Assembly (NCBI RefSeq): GCF_020745735.1
Contig: NC_083447.1
Coordinates: 11,922,035-11,986,034 of the forward strand
Direction: 5' to 3'
DNA from: Hemiscyllium ocellatum
Taxonomy: Eukaryota
DNA length: 64,000 bases
Positions 1 through 11,010 of this stretch are shown here, in pieces (position 1 is the stretch's first letter; each line of letters starts with the position of its first letter). The position numbers and the translations under genes were made by a program. Under the pieces are notes generated by a model, which saw nothing but the letters and a program-made list of their open reading frames with translations, did no database searches and was not told the DNA's origin.

Positions 1-861
1 CTGATCATTCCTAATTAGTATCCTCTTCCTGCCTTATCTCCATAACCCTTGATTCCACTATCTTTGAGAGCTCTATCCAACTCTTTCTTAAATGAATCCA
101 GAGACTGGGCCTCCACTGCCCTCTGGGGCAGAGCATTCCACACAGCCACCACTCTCTGGGTGAAGAAGTTTCTCCTCATCTTTGTCCTAAATGGTCTACT
201 CCGTATTTTTAAGCTGTGTCCTCTGGTTCAGCACTCACCCATCAGCGGAAACATGTTTCCTGCTGCCAGAGTGTCCAATCCTTTCATAATCTTATACGTC
301 TCAATCATAAACCCCTCTCAGTCTTCTAACCTCAAGGGTATCCAAGCCCAGTCGCTTCAGTCTTTCAGTGTAAGGTAATCCTGCCATTCCAGGAATTGAC
401 CTCGTGAACCTATGCTGCACTCCCCCAATAGCCAGAATGTCTTTCCTCAAATTTGGACACCAGAACTGCACACAGTACTCCAGGTGTGGTCTCACCAGGG
501 CCCTGTACAGCTGCAGAAGCATCTCTTTGCTTCTATACTCAATCCCTCTTGTTATGAAGGCCAGCATGCTATTAGCCTTCTTCACTACCTGCTGTACCTG
601 CATGCTTGCCTTCATTGACTGGTGTACAAGAACACCCAGATCTCTCTGTACTGCCCCTTTACCTAAATTAATTCCATTAAGGTAGTAATCTGCCTTCCTG
701 TTCTTGCCACCAAAGTGGATAACCATACATTTATCCACATTAAACTGCATCTGCCATGCATCTGCCATGCATCACCTAACTTGTCCAGGTCACCCTGTAA
801 TCTCCTAACATCCTCATCACATTTCACCCTGCCACCCAGCTTTGTATCATCAGCAAAATTT
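1..861 (-). mobile_element. CR1-clade LINE 3' fragment (RT C-terminus and 3' UTR)
   Basis: Minus-strand ORFs contain FADDTKLGG, WQMQFNVDKC and LYRALVRPHLEYCVQFW, typical of CR1 reverse transcriptase; frameshifted. Confidence 0.9.
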
Positions 862-1248
862 GAAACTCCACTGGAAGCCCTCATCACCGGAAGGGATGAA
901 TTCTTAAAGGTGACATTTGAATGTACACTGCTATCTCCAGGATCAAATTTCAGGCAGTCTTGAATGATTGAGGAACGAACCCCAACACCAATGTTTCCTT
1001 TTATTTATTCATTTTGTGGGATGTGTGCATCACTGGCTGGGCCCAGCATTTATTGCCCTGCCTATTTGCCCCTAGAGAGGGTGGGGGGTGAGCTGCTCGT
1101 GAAGAGGGTGACTGGAGCTACGGATCAACATTTGGATAATCTGCGAATAGTCCTTCTCGTCAAAGTGTACTGCTCGTTGGCCTAAGATACTACACTGTGG
1201 AGTTGTATTTTTTTCCCCCAGCCTTAAAGGAGGTTGTGTGTTTTGAGT

Positions 1249-1404
1249 TGAAAATGTGTTGCTGGAAAAGCACAGCCGGTCAGGCAGCATCCAAGGAGCG
1301 GGAGAATCGACGTTTCGGGCATGAGCCCTTCTTCAGGAATGTATAGGAATTCAGGAATTTAAGAAGCTCTCTTCCTCCCTCTACAAAAAAAATTCACTTT
1401 CTCC
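1249..1404. mobile_element. Non-autonomous Penelope-derived short element with 14-bp TSD
   Basis: Same terminus as the Penelope fragment at 6356-6850; TGTGTGTTTTGAGT duplicated at 1235-1248 and 1405-1418. Confidence 0.75.
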
Positions 1405-3332
1405 TGTGTGTTTTGAGTGTCTATATGTGTATCACAAAGATTTATACGTTTTGTTCATCATTTTTGTTTGTTTCTTTTGCAATATCTACTTCCTTACTTG
1501 TCAACTTAAGGACCCTGGCACTTGTCTCTGGTACTGAGCTCCATACAGTCTGAAATATAATTTGCAAAATCCCTCGCTTTCTAAGTTTAATGTTTCTTGT
1601 ATGCAGTGAAGGAACGAGGCAAGGAAAGGAGTGAGTCCAGTGTTCCTCATTGGCTGTAACACCATCCTAAACTTAGTTCCATCCCAATCCCCATTCACAC
1701 TTGTCCCTTTCTGACCTACTGGACTCTCCAGAAATGCATGACCCAACTTGAATGTTCTTGTCCTGGTTTTCACAGAATCTATTGATTCACAGAATCCCTA
1801 CAGTGTGGAAGCAGGCCACTCGGCCCCTCAAGTCCACACTGACCCTCTGAAAAGCATCCCACCCCCGCACCCACCTCCTTACTTTATCCCTGTAACCCTG
1901 CATTTCTCATAGCTAACCCAACTCGTCTGCAGATCCCCAGATGCTCAGGGGAATTTAGCACGGCCAATCCACCTAACCTGCATGTCCTTCAAACCGAACG
2001 CCCTCCCTATCTTCGGAAACCCCTCCAAACCTATGACTTTCTGAGATATCAACGCTGCTCTAATTCTGATCTGTTGAGAATCCCCAATTTTAATCTTTCC
2101 ATTCCAGCACATGTTTTCATTTGCTCAGGTCCCAAGCTCTGGAATTCTATCCCAAATCTCTCTTTCCTTTGAACTTACCACTCTGACCAAACTTTAGGCC
2201 ACCCACTGCCTTATGGGATTGGGGTGTCAAATCTGATCCAACAACATTTCTCGTCAAGAGCCTGGGGGTGAGTTATTACATTAAAGGTGCTGCATAAATG
2301 CAAGTTGTACTGAACAGAAAGTGTTTGTTGTAAGACCATAAGGCGTGGGGGTAAATGTAGGCCATTTGATCCATTGAGTCTGCTCTCCCATTCAAAGAGA
2401 TCACAAGTGATCACATTAACCTCAAGTCCACTTTTCGGCCTTTCCCCGTCACTATTGATTACAAATCTATCTCCGCCTTGAATATACTGAACCGCCCAGC
2501 CTCGACAGCCCTCTGTGGTAAAGAGTTTCACAGATTCATTAGAGAAAATATTCCTCAACATTCCTGTCTTAAATGGACAACCTCTTATTCTGAGATGGTG
2601 CATTCTGTTCCATGGCCCCCCCACAAGGAGATACAACTGATTCACATCTACTCTGTCAAGTCTCCTAAGAATCCTGTATGTTTCCATAAGGTTCTTTCTA
2701 AATCCAGTCTTCTCTACGCAACCTCTCCTCCACATCTGGGATCAATCTGGTGAGCTGTCTCTGGATTACCCCCAACGCTACTTTGTCTTTCCTTCGATAA
2801 AGTCACGGTGGCTCAGTGGTTAGCACTGCTGCCTCACAGCATCAGGGACCCAGGTTCGATTCCACCCTCGAGTGACTGTCTGTATGGACGGTCTCCCCAA
2901 GTCTGTTTGGGTTTCTACTGGGTGCTCTGGTTGCTGCCCACAGTCTAACAAGATACAGGTTAGTGGATTGTCTTTGGGATGTGCAAGCTAGGGCAGATTA
3001 GCTATGGGAAATGGGGGGGGGGGGAGGTCTGAATGGGATGTCCCTCTGCAGGGTTGGTGTGGATTCAATGGGGAAAATGGTCTGATTCCACACTGTAAGG
3101 ATTCTACAATTCAATAAGTGGACTGAAACTGCTGTTTAATGTGAGGAGGGGGAAGTCAAAGCTTTATCTTTACAACATCTGCAGCTTAAAAACAGATGAG
3201 CGTGTTGGATACGAGGAATTCAGCTGTGGTCTGATCGATGTCTTGTATGGTTTTAACAAGACCTCTCTATTTTTATACTCCTTTCCCTTTGAATTAAAGT
3301 CCAACATGATAAATGACATTGCTTCCCATTAC

Positions 3333-3501
3333 CTGTCAATGGCATCAACAGGCCGGTTGCCCGTCCCTCCAATCCCACAGAAGCAGCCATAGTTGTAGAT
3401 AGCCAGGCTGTTGGCACCCTCCGTGGCACAGTTCACCACAGAGGCAAAATTGCTCATCCTCCTGCCTTCGATCTCAAAGCCCCGAACGGGAATTAACGTT
3501 G
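3333..3501 (-). CDS. Secreted phospholipase A2 (group I/X-like): exon for end of signal peptide, propeptide, N-terminal helix and Ca2+-binding loop
   Basis: Acceptor ctttgcag| at 3502 and donor AG|gtaatg at 3332. Encodes (A)TLIPVRGFEIEGRRMSNFASVVNCATEGANSLAIYNYGCFCGIGGTGNRPVDAIDR with the sPLA2 motif YGCxCGxGG..PxDxxD. Phase 1/phase 2 boundaries match the sPLA2 gene layout. Confidence 0.88.
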
Positions 3502-4430
3502 CTGCAAAGTGACAAGTATCAGAGTGAATGAGTGAATTCAACATAAAAATGTCCTCGAATCTCTAGCCTCTGCATAACCACTGAACTATCTTGCCAAAGC
3601 AAGGAGGGTTAATTGAGGGACATTACTAATATTGTCAAGTCAATTTATCATAGGAGGAAGTGAGGATGCAGACGCTGGAGAGTCAGAGTCGAGAGTGTGG
3701 CGCTGGAAAAGCACAGCAGGTCAGGCAGCCTCCGAGGAGCAGGAGAGTCAATGTTTCGGGCATAACCCCCTCATCAACCTGATGAAGAGCTTATGCCTGA
3801 AACGTCGAATTTTCCAGCAACACATTTTCAGCTCTGATCTCCAGCATCTGCAGACCTCATTTTCACCTTAGGTATTCACCCTATCCATATCCCTTATGAT
3901 TTTATAAACCGATATAAGGTCACCCCTCAGCCTCATATGCTCCAATGAAAAAAACCCCAGCTTATTCAGCCCCTCCCTTTAACTAAAACCCTTCAGTCCC
4001 AGCAACATCCTTGTAGATCTTTTCTGAACCCTCTCCAATTTAATAATATTCTCCCTAAAGTAGGGTGACCAGAACTGTACATAGCATTCCAAAAGTAGCA
4101 TCCTATACAATCTCAACATGATGTTCCAAATCCTGTACTCAAAGACCTGATCAATGAAGGCAAATGTACGAAACACCTTCTATTTCATAGTGTCTCTATT
4201 CTACAAAACTACCCAGGGTCCTATCATTAACGGCATAAGTCCCACCTTTGTACTACCTTGCATTTATCTAAATTAAACTCCATCTGCCACTCTTTAGCCC
4301 ATTGGCCTAATTGATTAAGATCTCTCTGTAATCTTAGATAACCTCCTTCACTATTGACTATACAATGAATTTTGATGTCAATTGCAAACTGACTGACCAT
4401 GCCTCCTAAATCCTCATCCAAATTGTTCAT

Positions 4431-5358
4431 GTTAGTAAGTTTGCAGATGACACCAAAATTGGAGGTGTAGTGGACAGCGAAGAGGGTTACCTCAGATTAC
4501 AACAGGATCTGGACCAGATGGGCCAATGGGCTGAGAAGTGGCAGATGGAGTTTAATTCAGATAAATGCGAGGTATTGCATTTTGGGAAAGCAAATCTTAG
4601 CAGGACTTATACACTTAATGGTAAGGTCCTAGGGAGTGTTGCTGAACAAAGAGACCTTGGAGTGCAGGTTCATAGCTTCTTGAAAGTGGAGTCGCAGGTA
4701 GATAGGACAGTGAAGAAGGTGTTTGGTATGCTTTCTTTTATTGGTCAGAGTATTGAGTACAGGAGTTGGGAGGTCATGTTGCGGCTGTACAGGACATTGG
4801 TTAGGCCACTGTTGGAATATTGCGTGCAATTCTGGTCTCCTTCCTATTGGAAAGATGTTGTGAAACTTGAAAGGGTTCAGAAAAGATTTACAAGGATTTG
4901 CCAGGGTTGGAGGATCTGAGCTACAGGGAGAGGCTGAACAGGCTGGGGCTGTTTTCCCTGGAGCGTCGGAGGCTGAGGGGTTACCTTATAGAGGTTTACA
5001 AAATTATGAGGGGCATAGATAGGATAAATAGACAAAGTCATTTCCCTGGGGTCGGGGAGTCCAGAACTAGAGGGCATAGGTTTAGGGTGAGAGGGGAAAG
5101 ATATAAAAGGGACCTAAGGGGCAACTTTTTCACACAGAGGGTGGTACGTGTATGGAATGAGTTGCCAGAGGATGTGGTGGAGGCTGGTACAATTGCAACA
5201 TTTAAGAGGCATTTGGGTGGATATATGAATAGGAAGGGTTTGGAGGGATATGGGTCGGGTGCTGGTAGGTGGGACTAGATTGGGTTGGGATATCTGGTCG
5301 GCATGGATGGGTTGGACCGAAGGGTCTGTTTCCATGCTGTACATCTCTATGGCTCTAT
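4431..5358 (+). mobile_element. Young CR1 LINE 3' fragment nested in an older antisense CR1 (about 3870-5590)
   Basis: ORFs 4470-4919 and 4898-5278 encode the CR1 RT C-terminus; antisense CR1 sequence continues on both flanks. Confidence 0.9.
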
Positions 5359-6355
5359 GTAAATGACAAACAACAGTGGACCTAGCACCAATCCATGTGG
5401 ATCACTGCTGGTCACAGGCCTCCAGTCTGAAAAACAACCCTCCACCACCATCCTCTGTCTCCTATCATCAAGTCAATTTTGCATCCAATTGACAGGCTCA
5501 CCCTGAATCCGGTGTGATCTAACTTTATTAATCAGTCTACCATGTGGAATCTTGTCAAACGCTTTATTAAAGTTCATGTAGACAACATTGAGGGTGGTTG
5601 GTAGCTCAGTGGTTAGCACTGCTGCCTCACAGCGCCAGGGTCCCAGGTTCAGTGACTGTCTGTGTGGAGTTTGCACATTTGCCCCGTGTCTGCGTGAGTT
5701 TGCTTCAGTTTCCTCTCATAGTCCAAAGGTTAGATGGGTTGCCATCCTAAATCACCTGTAGTGACCAGGGATATGTAGGTTAGCCATGGGAAATGTAAGG
5801 TTGGGGGTTAGAGGAATTAGGGACAAGTGGGTCAGAATGGGCCACTGTAAGGATTCTATGATACTGCTCTGCCTTCATCGATCGTTTTGGTTACGGCCTC
5901 AAGATATTCAATCATGTTTGTGAGTCATGACTTCCCACGCACAAAGCCATGTAAAATCTGGAATAGAAGGCTCGGGTCACTATCAAGATCAGGAGACATG
6001 GGTGCTTTTTAAAAAAAGCCATCAGTAATCCTCATGTCCTTTGAGCAGGGGTTTCCACTGTCCTTACCTGGTCTGGTCTATATCTGACTCCACCCAACTT
6101 CAGTGTGGTTCACTACCCTCTGAAATAGCTGCTGAAAAGTCACTCAATTGTAGCTAATAAAACAGGGGAGCTGCCAGTGTAGTGGTAATGTTGCTGAACT
6201 AGTAAGGCAGATCCCCCAGGCTGAAGTGCTGGGGTCTGTGAGTTCAAATCCCACCATGGTGAAACGTGAATTTAATAAGATCTAAAATTAAAAAGCCAAC
6301 CTAATACCTGTAGTGACCACTGTCAATTGTTGTTTACAAACCTACCTATTCATTG

Positions 6356-6850
6356 ATGAAAATGTGTTGCTGGAAAAGCGCAGCAGGTCAGGCAGCATTC
6401 AAGGAACAGGAAATTCGACGTTTCGGGCTAAAGCCCTTCATCAGGAATGAGGAAAGTGTGTCCAGCAGGCTAAGATAAAAGGTAGGGAGGAGGGACTTGG
6501 GGGAAGGGCGATGGAGATGTGATAGGTGGAAGGAGGTCAAGGTGAGGGTGATAGGCCGGAGTGGGGTGGGGACGAAGAGGTCAGGAAGAAGATTGCAGGT
6601 TAGGAAGGCGGTGCTGAGTTCGAGGGATTTGACTGACACAAGGTGGGGGGAGGGGAAATGAGGAAACTGGGGAAATGTGAGTTCATCCCTTGTGGTTGGA
6701 GGGTTCCCAGGCGGAAGATGAGGTGCTCTTCCTCCAACCGTCGTGTTGTTATGGTCTGGCGATGGAGGAGTCCAAGGACCTGCATGTCCTCAGTGGAGTG
6801 GGAGGGGGAGTTAAAATGTTGAGCCACGGGGTGGTTGGGTTGGTTGGTCC
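6356..6850 (-). mobile_element. Penelope-like element 3' fragment (GIY-YIG endonuclease C-terminus plus hammerhead-containing terminus)
   Basis: ORF 6600-6827 AQHFNSPSHS..DMQVLGL...RRLEEEHLIFRLGTLQPQGMN resembles the PLE endonuclease C-terminus; hammerhead core at 6413-6448; interrupts a SINE. Confidence 0.8.
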
Positions 6851-7318
6851 CTTTAGTGAGGGGAAATCTGCCACCCTTACCTGGTCTGGCCTACATCTGA
6901 TTCCTAACCAATAGCAATGTGATTAACTTGCAACTGCCCTCAGTTCCAGGGGCAATTAGGGAGAATGTTGGCCTGGCCTTGTCCGAAGAGTAAATAACTC
7001 CACACCATTTTCTCAAAGGCAGTGGGGATTGGTTGTAATCACTGAATCATAGAATGTGTCGAGGGAGGCCATTCAGTCCATCAGGTTCAAGCTGTCTGTC
7101 TGTAAAAGAAATATAGTTAGTACAACTCCCCCACTTTTCCTTTGATGGCCTGCTCTTCCAATTTCTCCTTGGAATCATGACTGAATCTGTCTCCATCGGG
7201 CAGTACATTTCAGATTGCACTTGAATCGCTGTGGGAAAGCGTTTTCACTCAAATCCCTTTTGTGTATGACCCCAATCTTTATAAATTGGTCCCCAACCGC
7301 TAATTGCCCCCCACTGAC

Positions 7319-7394
7319 CTCCTGACAGGAGGAGGAGAGCGATGAGGTTCGGGGGCTCCTTGGCTTCTCGTTTCCTTTGACAGAGATGACTCAT
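7319..7394 (-). CDS. sPLA2 signal-peptide exon (exon 7449-7319; ATG at 7394)
   Basis: Acceptor ctctttacttctgcag| at 7450, donor GGAG|gtcagt. Encodes MSHLCQRKREAKEPPNLIALLLLSG plus 1 nt and joins in frame (G+CA) to the 3501 exon, completing a hydrophobic signal peptide. Confidence 0.7.
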
Positions 7395-7964
7395 CCCTGT
7401 CTCTACCCCTTCGATCACACCGTCGGGATCGTTCTGCCCAACGTTCACTCTGCAGAAGTAAAGAGGGGGGAGCTCCCCCTGGGGCACTCATTCTAATATC
7501 TCACCGTTCTCCCCAAAGTGTGACAGCACTGTCACGGGGGTGGGGCAGGGTCTTGACGAATGGCCCACAAGTGACATCAAATGGAATGTGTCACAATGGC
7601 AGAATGTGCAGGAGTCAGAACCACCCAAATGTACAGCTCCCAGTCCATTCAATCAAACTCAGCAGTGACATTAATGGTCTCTCCCCAGTTAACCAGTGTG
7701 TAAATATTCCAAACAGTGTGGGACTCAGACTCTAAGTCTGTATGTTCCAGTAAAGCAGCACCTGGGCAGTTCCTTAAATTACTGAGATTGAGCTTGGAAT
7801 CATTTACAATGGGATTTTTGGTGAGGAACAGTTTGGGAGTGGTTGTGATTGCACTACACTGTCAAATATCCCACTGATACATGCCTTGAAGGCACATATG
7901 CAATAGCCAGAGAGGTTTAGGAGAGTAATAAACACGCAGGGAGGATGTGAAGGCATCAGTGAGC

Positions 7965-9330
7965 CACAGAGATGTACAGCACGGAAACAGACCCTTTGGT
8001 CCAACCCGTCTATGCCGACCAGATATCCTAAATTGATCCAGTCCCATTTACCAGCATCTCCCATATCCCTCCAAACCCTTCCTATTCATATACCCATCCA
8101 GATGCCTTTTAAATGCTGTAATTGTACCAGCCTCCACCACTTCCTGTGGCAGCTCATTCCATACACGTACCATCCTCTGCGTGAAAAAGTCCCTTTTAAA
8201 TCTTTCCTCTCTCACCTTAAATCTGCCTAGTTTCGGACTCCCTTACCCAGCGGAAAATATCTTGGTTGTTCACCCTATCCATGCCCCTCATGACTTTATA
8301 AACCACTATAAGGTCACCCCTCAGCCTCTGATGCTCCAGGGAAAACAGCCCCAGCCTGTTTAGCCTCCGTCTACAGCTCAAACCCTCCAACATCCTTGTA
8401 AATCTTTTCTAAACCCTTTCAAATCTCACACCACCCTTCCTATAACAGGGAGACCAGAACTGAGAAAGAAGCAGGGTGGCACAGTGGTTAGCTCTGCTGC
8501 CTCACAGCGCCAGGGACCTGGGTTCAATTCCCGACTCATGCGACTGACTGTGTGGAGTTTGCACGTTCTCCCCGTGTCTGCGTGGGTTTCCTCCGGGTGC
8601 TCCGGTTTCCTCCCACAGTCCAAAGATGTGCGGGTCAGGTGAATTGCTAAATTGCCCATAGTCTAGGTGGATTAGTCAGGGGTAAATGTAGGGGAATGGT
8701 AAGACCATAAGACATAGGAGTGGAAGTAAGGCCATTCGGCCCATAGAGACTACTCCGCCATTCAATCATGGCTGATGGATATTTCAACTCCACTTACCCA
8801 CTTTCTCCTCGTAGCCCTTAATTCTTTGTGACATCAAGAATTTATCAATCTCTACCTTGAAGACATTTAGCGTCCCGGCCTCCACTGCACTCTGCAGCAA
8901 TGAATTCCACAGCCCCACCACTCTCCAGCTGAAGAAATGTCTCCGCAATTCTGTTCTGAATTGACCCCCCTCTAACTCTAAGGCTGTGTCCACGGGTCCT
9001 AGTCTCCTCGCCTAAAGGAAACAATTTCCTAGTGTCCACCCTTTCCAAGCCATGTATTATCTTGTAAGTTTCTATTAGACTTACAAGATAATACATGACT
9101 TGGAAAGGGTGGACGGTAGAAATTGTTTCCGGTAAGCGAGGAGACTAGGACCCGTGGATACAGGTCTGGGTGGGTCGCTCTTCGGAGGGTCGGTGTGGAC
9201 TTGTTGGGCCAAAGGGCCTGTTTCCACACTGTAGGGAAGCTAATCTAATTCCAAGGGTGGCCTCACCAATGTCCTGTACAGCTGCAACATGAACTCCAAA
9301 CTCCTAAACTCAATATTCTGACCAATATAA
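7965..9330. mobile_element. Three-tier nest: old CR1 (-) containing an HE1-type SINE (8473-9250, +) containing a CR1 tail with fold-back (8699-9163)
   Basis: The SINE head and tail are separated by the inner insertion; the outer CR1 resumes after 9250. Confidence 0.8.
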
Positions 9331-9636
9331 GAAGGTTGCAGAGGAATTCATGAGAATGGCGGCAGGGATAAAGAGCCTCAACGATAGGATTAGATTGGAG
9401 AAGCTGGGACTGACTTCTTTGCAGAGAAGCGTGTGAGGAGATTTGATGGCAGTGTAGGACGATCATGGAGGGCTGGACTGAGCAGATAAAGAGGAACAGT
9501 TCTCATTGGTGGAAAGATTCAGAATTGGGGGACTGAATCACGGCATTTAGAAGGATAAAATAATAAAGTCACCATAGTCATATCAGACCACAGAACTGTC
9601 CTCTCATTATAAAGAGAAGGACGACTGATGGTGCTT

Positions 9637-10114
9637 NNNNNNNNNNNNNNNNNNNNNNNNNNNNNNNNNNNNNNNNNNNNNNNNNNNNNNNNNNNNNNNN
9701 NNNNNNNNNNNNNNNNNNNNNNNNNNNNNNNNNNNNNNNNNNNNNNNNNNNNNNNNNNNNNNNNNNNNNNNNNNNNNNNNNNNNNNNNNNNNNNNNNNNN
9801 NNNNNNNNNNNNNNNNNNNNNNNNNNNNNNNNNNNNNNNNNNNNNNNNNNNNNNNNNNNNNNNNNNNNNNNNNNNNNNNNNNNNNNNNNNNNNNNNNNNN
9901 NNNNNNNNNNNNNNNNNNNNNNNNNNNNNNNNNNNNNNNNNNNNNNNNNNNNNNNNNNNNNNNNNNNNNNNNNNNNNNNNNNNNNNNNNNNNNNNNNNNN
10001 NNNNNNNNNNNNNNNNNNNNNNNNNNNNNNNNNNNNNNNNNNNNNNNNNNNNNNNNNNNNNNNNNNNNNNNNNNNNNNNNNNNNNNNNNNNNNNNNNNNN
10101 NNNNNNNNNNNNNN
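9637..10114. other. Assembly gap (478 N)
   Basis: Run of N. Confidence 1.
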
Positions 10115-10276
10115 CCCCTTCTCCAGGGAAGGGAGTACAAATCTAGATGGCGTAGGTTTAAGGTGAGAGGTGAAAGATCTAAAGGGATCTAAGGGGCAAC
10201 TTTTTCATACAGAGGGTATCACGTGTATGTAATGAGCTGCCATTGTGAAGGCTGGTACAATTACAACATTTAAAAG

Positions 10277-11010
10277 TGTGGGAAACAAAGCTCACTCACT
10301 GCAATAATTTCAGTCCGAGACAAGATCTGAGTCAGTAATGCCCTTTATTTCACACTTGCAAGTGGGTGTGATGTCCACAAGGCAGGGACAAAACACAGTG
10401 AATTCAACAAATACTCGATATTTATATAATTTGGTTCCTACACTTTTTTTCTTATTTCATTGTTCCCCCCCCCCCCCATTTACATCCTCCACTTCCCTGG
10501 GACCGGTACCCATTACTCCTGTTTATCTCTTGGCTTATCTGGCCTTGTCTGTGAAAAAAATGCTCATTCCTGTTCTCTCAAGGCCGTTTGCCCTCATCCT
10601 GCTGTGGGCACATCCTTACCTTACCATTATCTATTCCCTCCATCTGTGCTGCCCCTCACAGCATCTTATCACTAAGACTCTTTTAATTGGGGTTTGTTCC
10701 TGTGTTTCTGTAAAAGTGGGAAACATATGTTTATACCTACTGTTTACACAGGCATATTGAATTTAACTGTCTGTCTTCACAGCATCTTATCACAAAGCCC
10801 TTTTAATTGGGGTTACCATTGTTGTGTAGTCCCGTTTCTTTCTTGCATACATTTTCAGCTAATACAAAAAAAATTATGCATTTCCTCCACAGAGTTCCTA
10901 TTCTTGTTGACTCAGCTCCTGGCTGAAACAATTACTCACTGATGTGAGTTCATTCACCTTGTATCAGAAATTATAATTGAGAATTGCAGAAGTAACATTA
11001 ATTTACCACA
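10277..11010. mobile_element. Solo LTR (734 bp) inserted in a CR1 tail
   Basis: TGTGG...CCACA termini; 4-bp TSD AAAG (10273-10276, 11011-11014); CR1 sequence resumes after it; internal ~38-bp direct repeat at about 10657 and 10778. Confidence 0.8.

Noticed and set aside
1498-1549. Possible next sPLA2 exon on the minus strand (tttcag|...|gtaagg)
   Set aside because: In the required phase it lacks CCxxHD and hits a stop codon; no sPLA2 similarity.
9607-10146. ORFs spanning X residues
   Set aside because: Artefact of the N gap.
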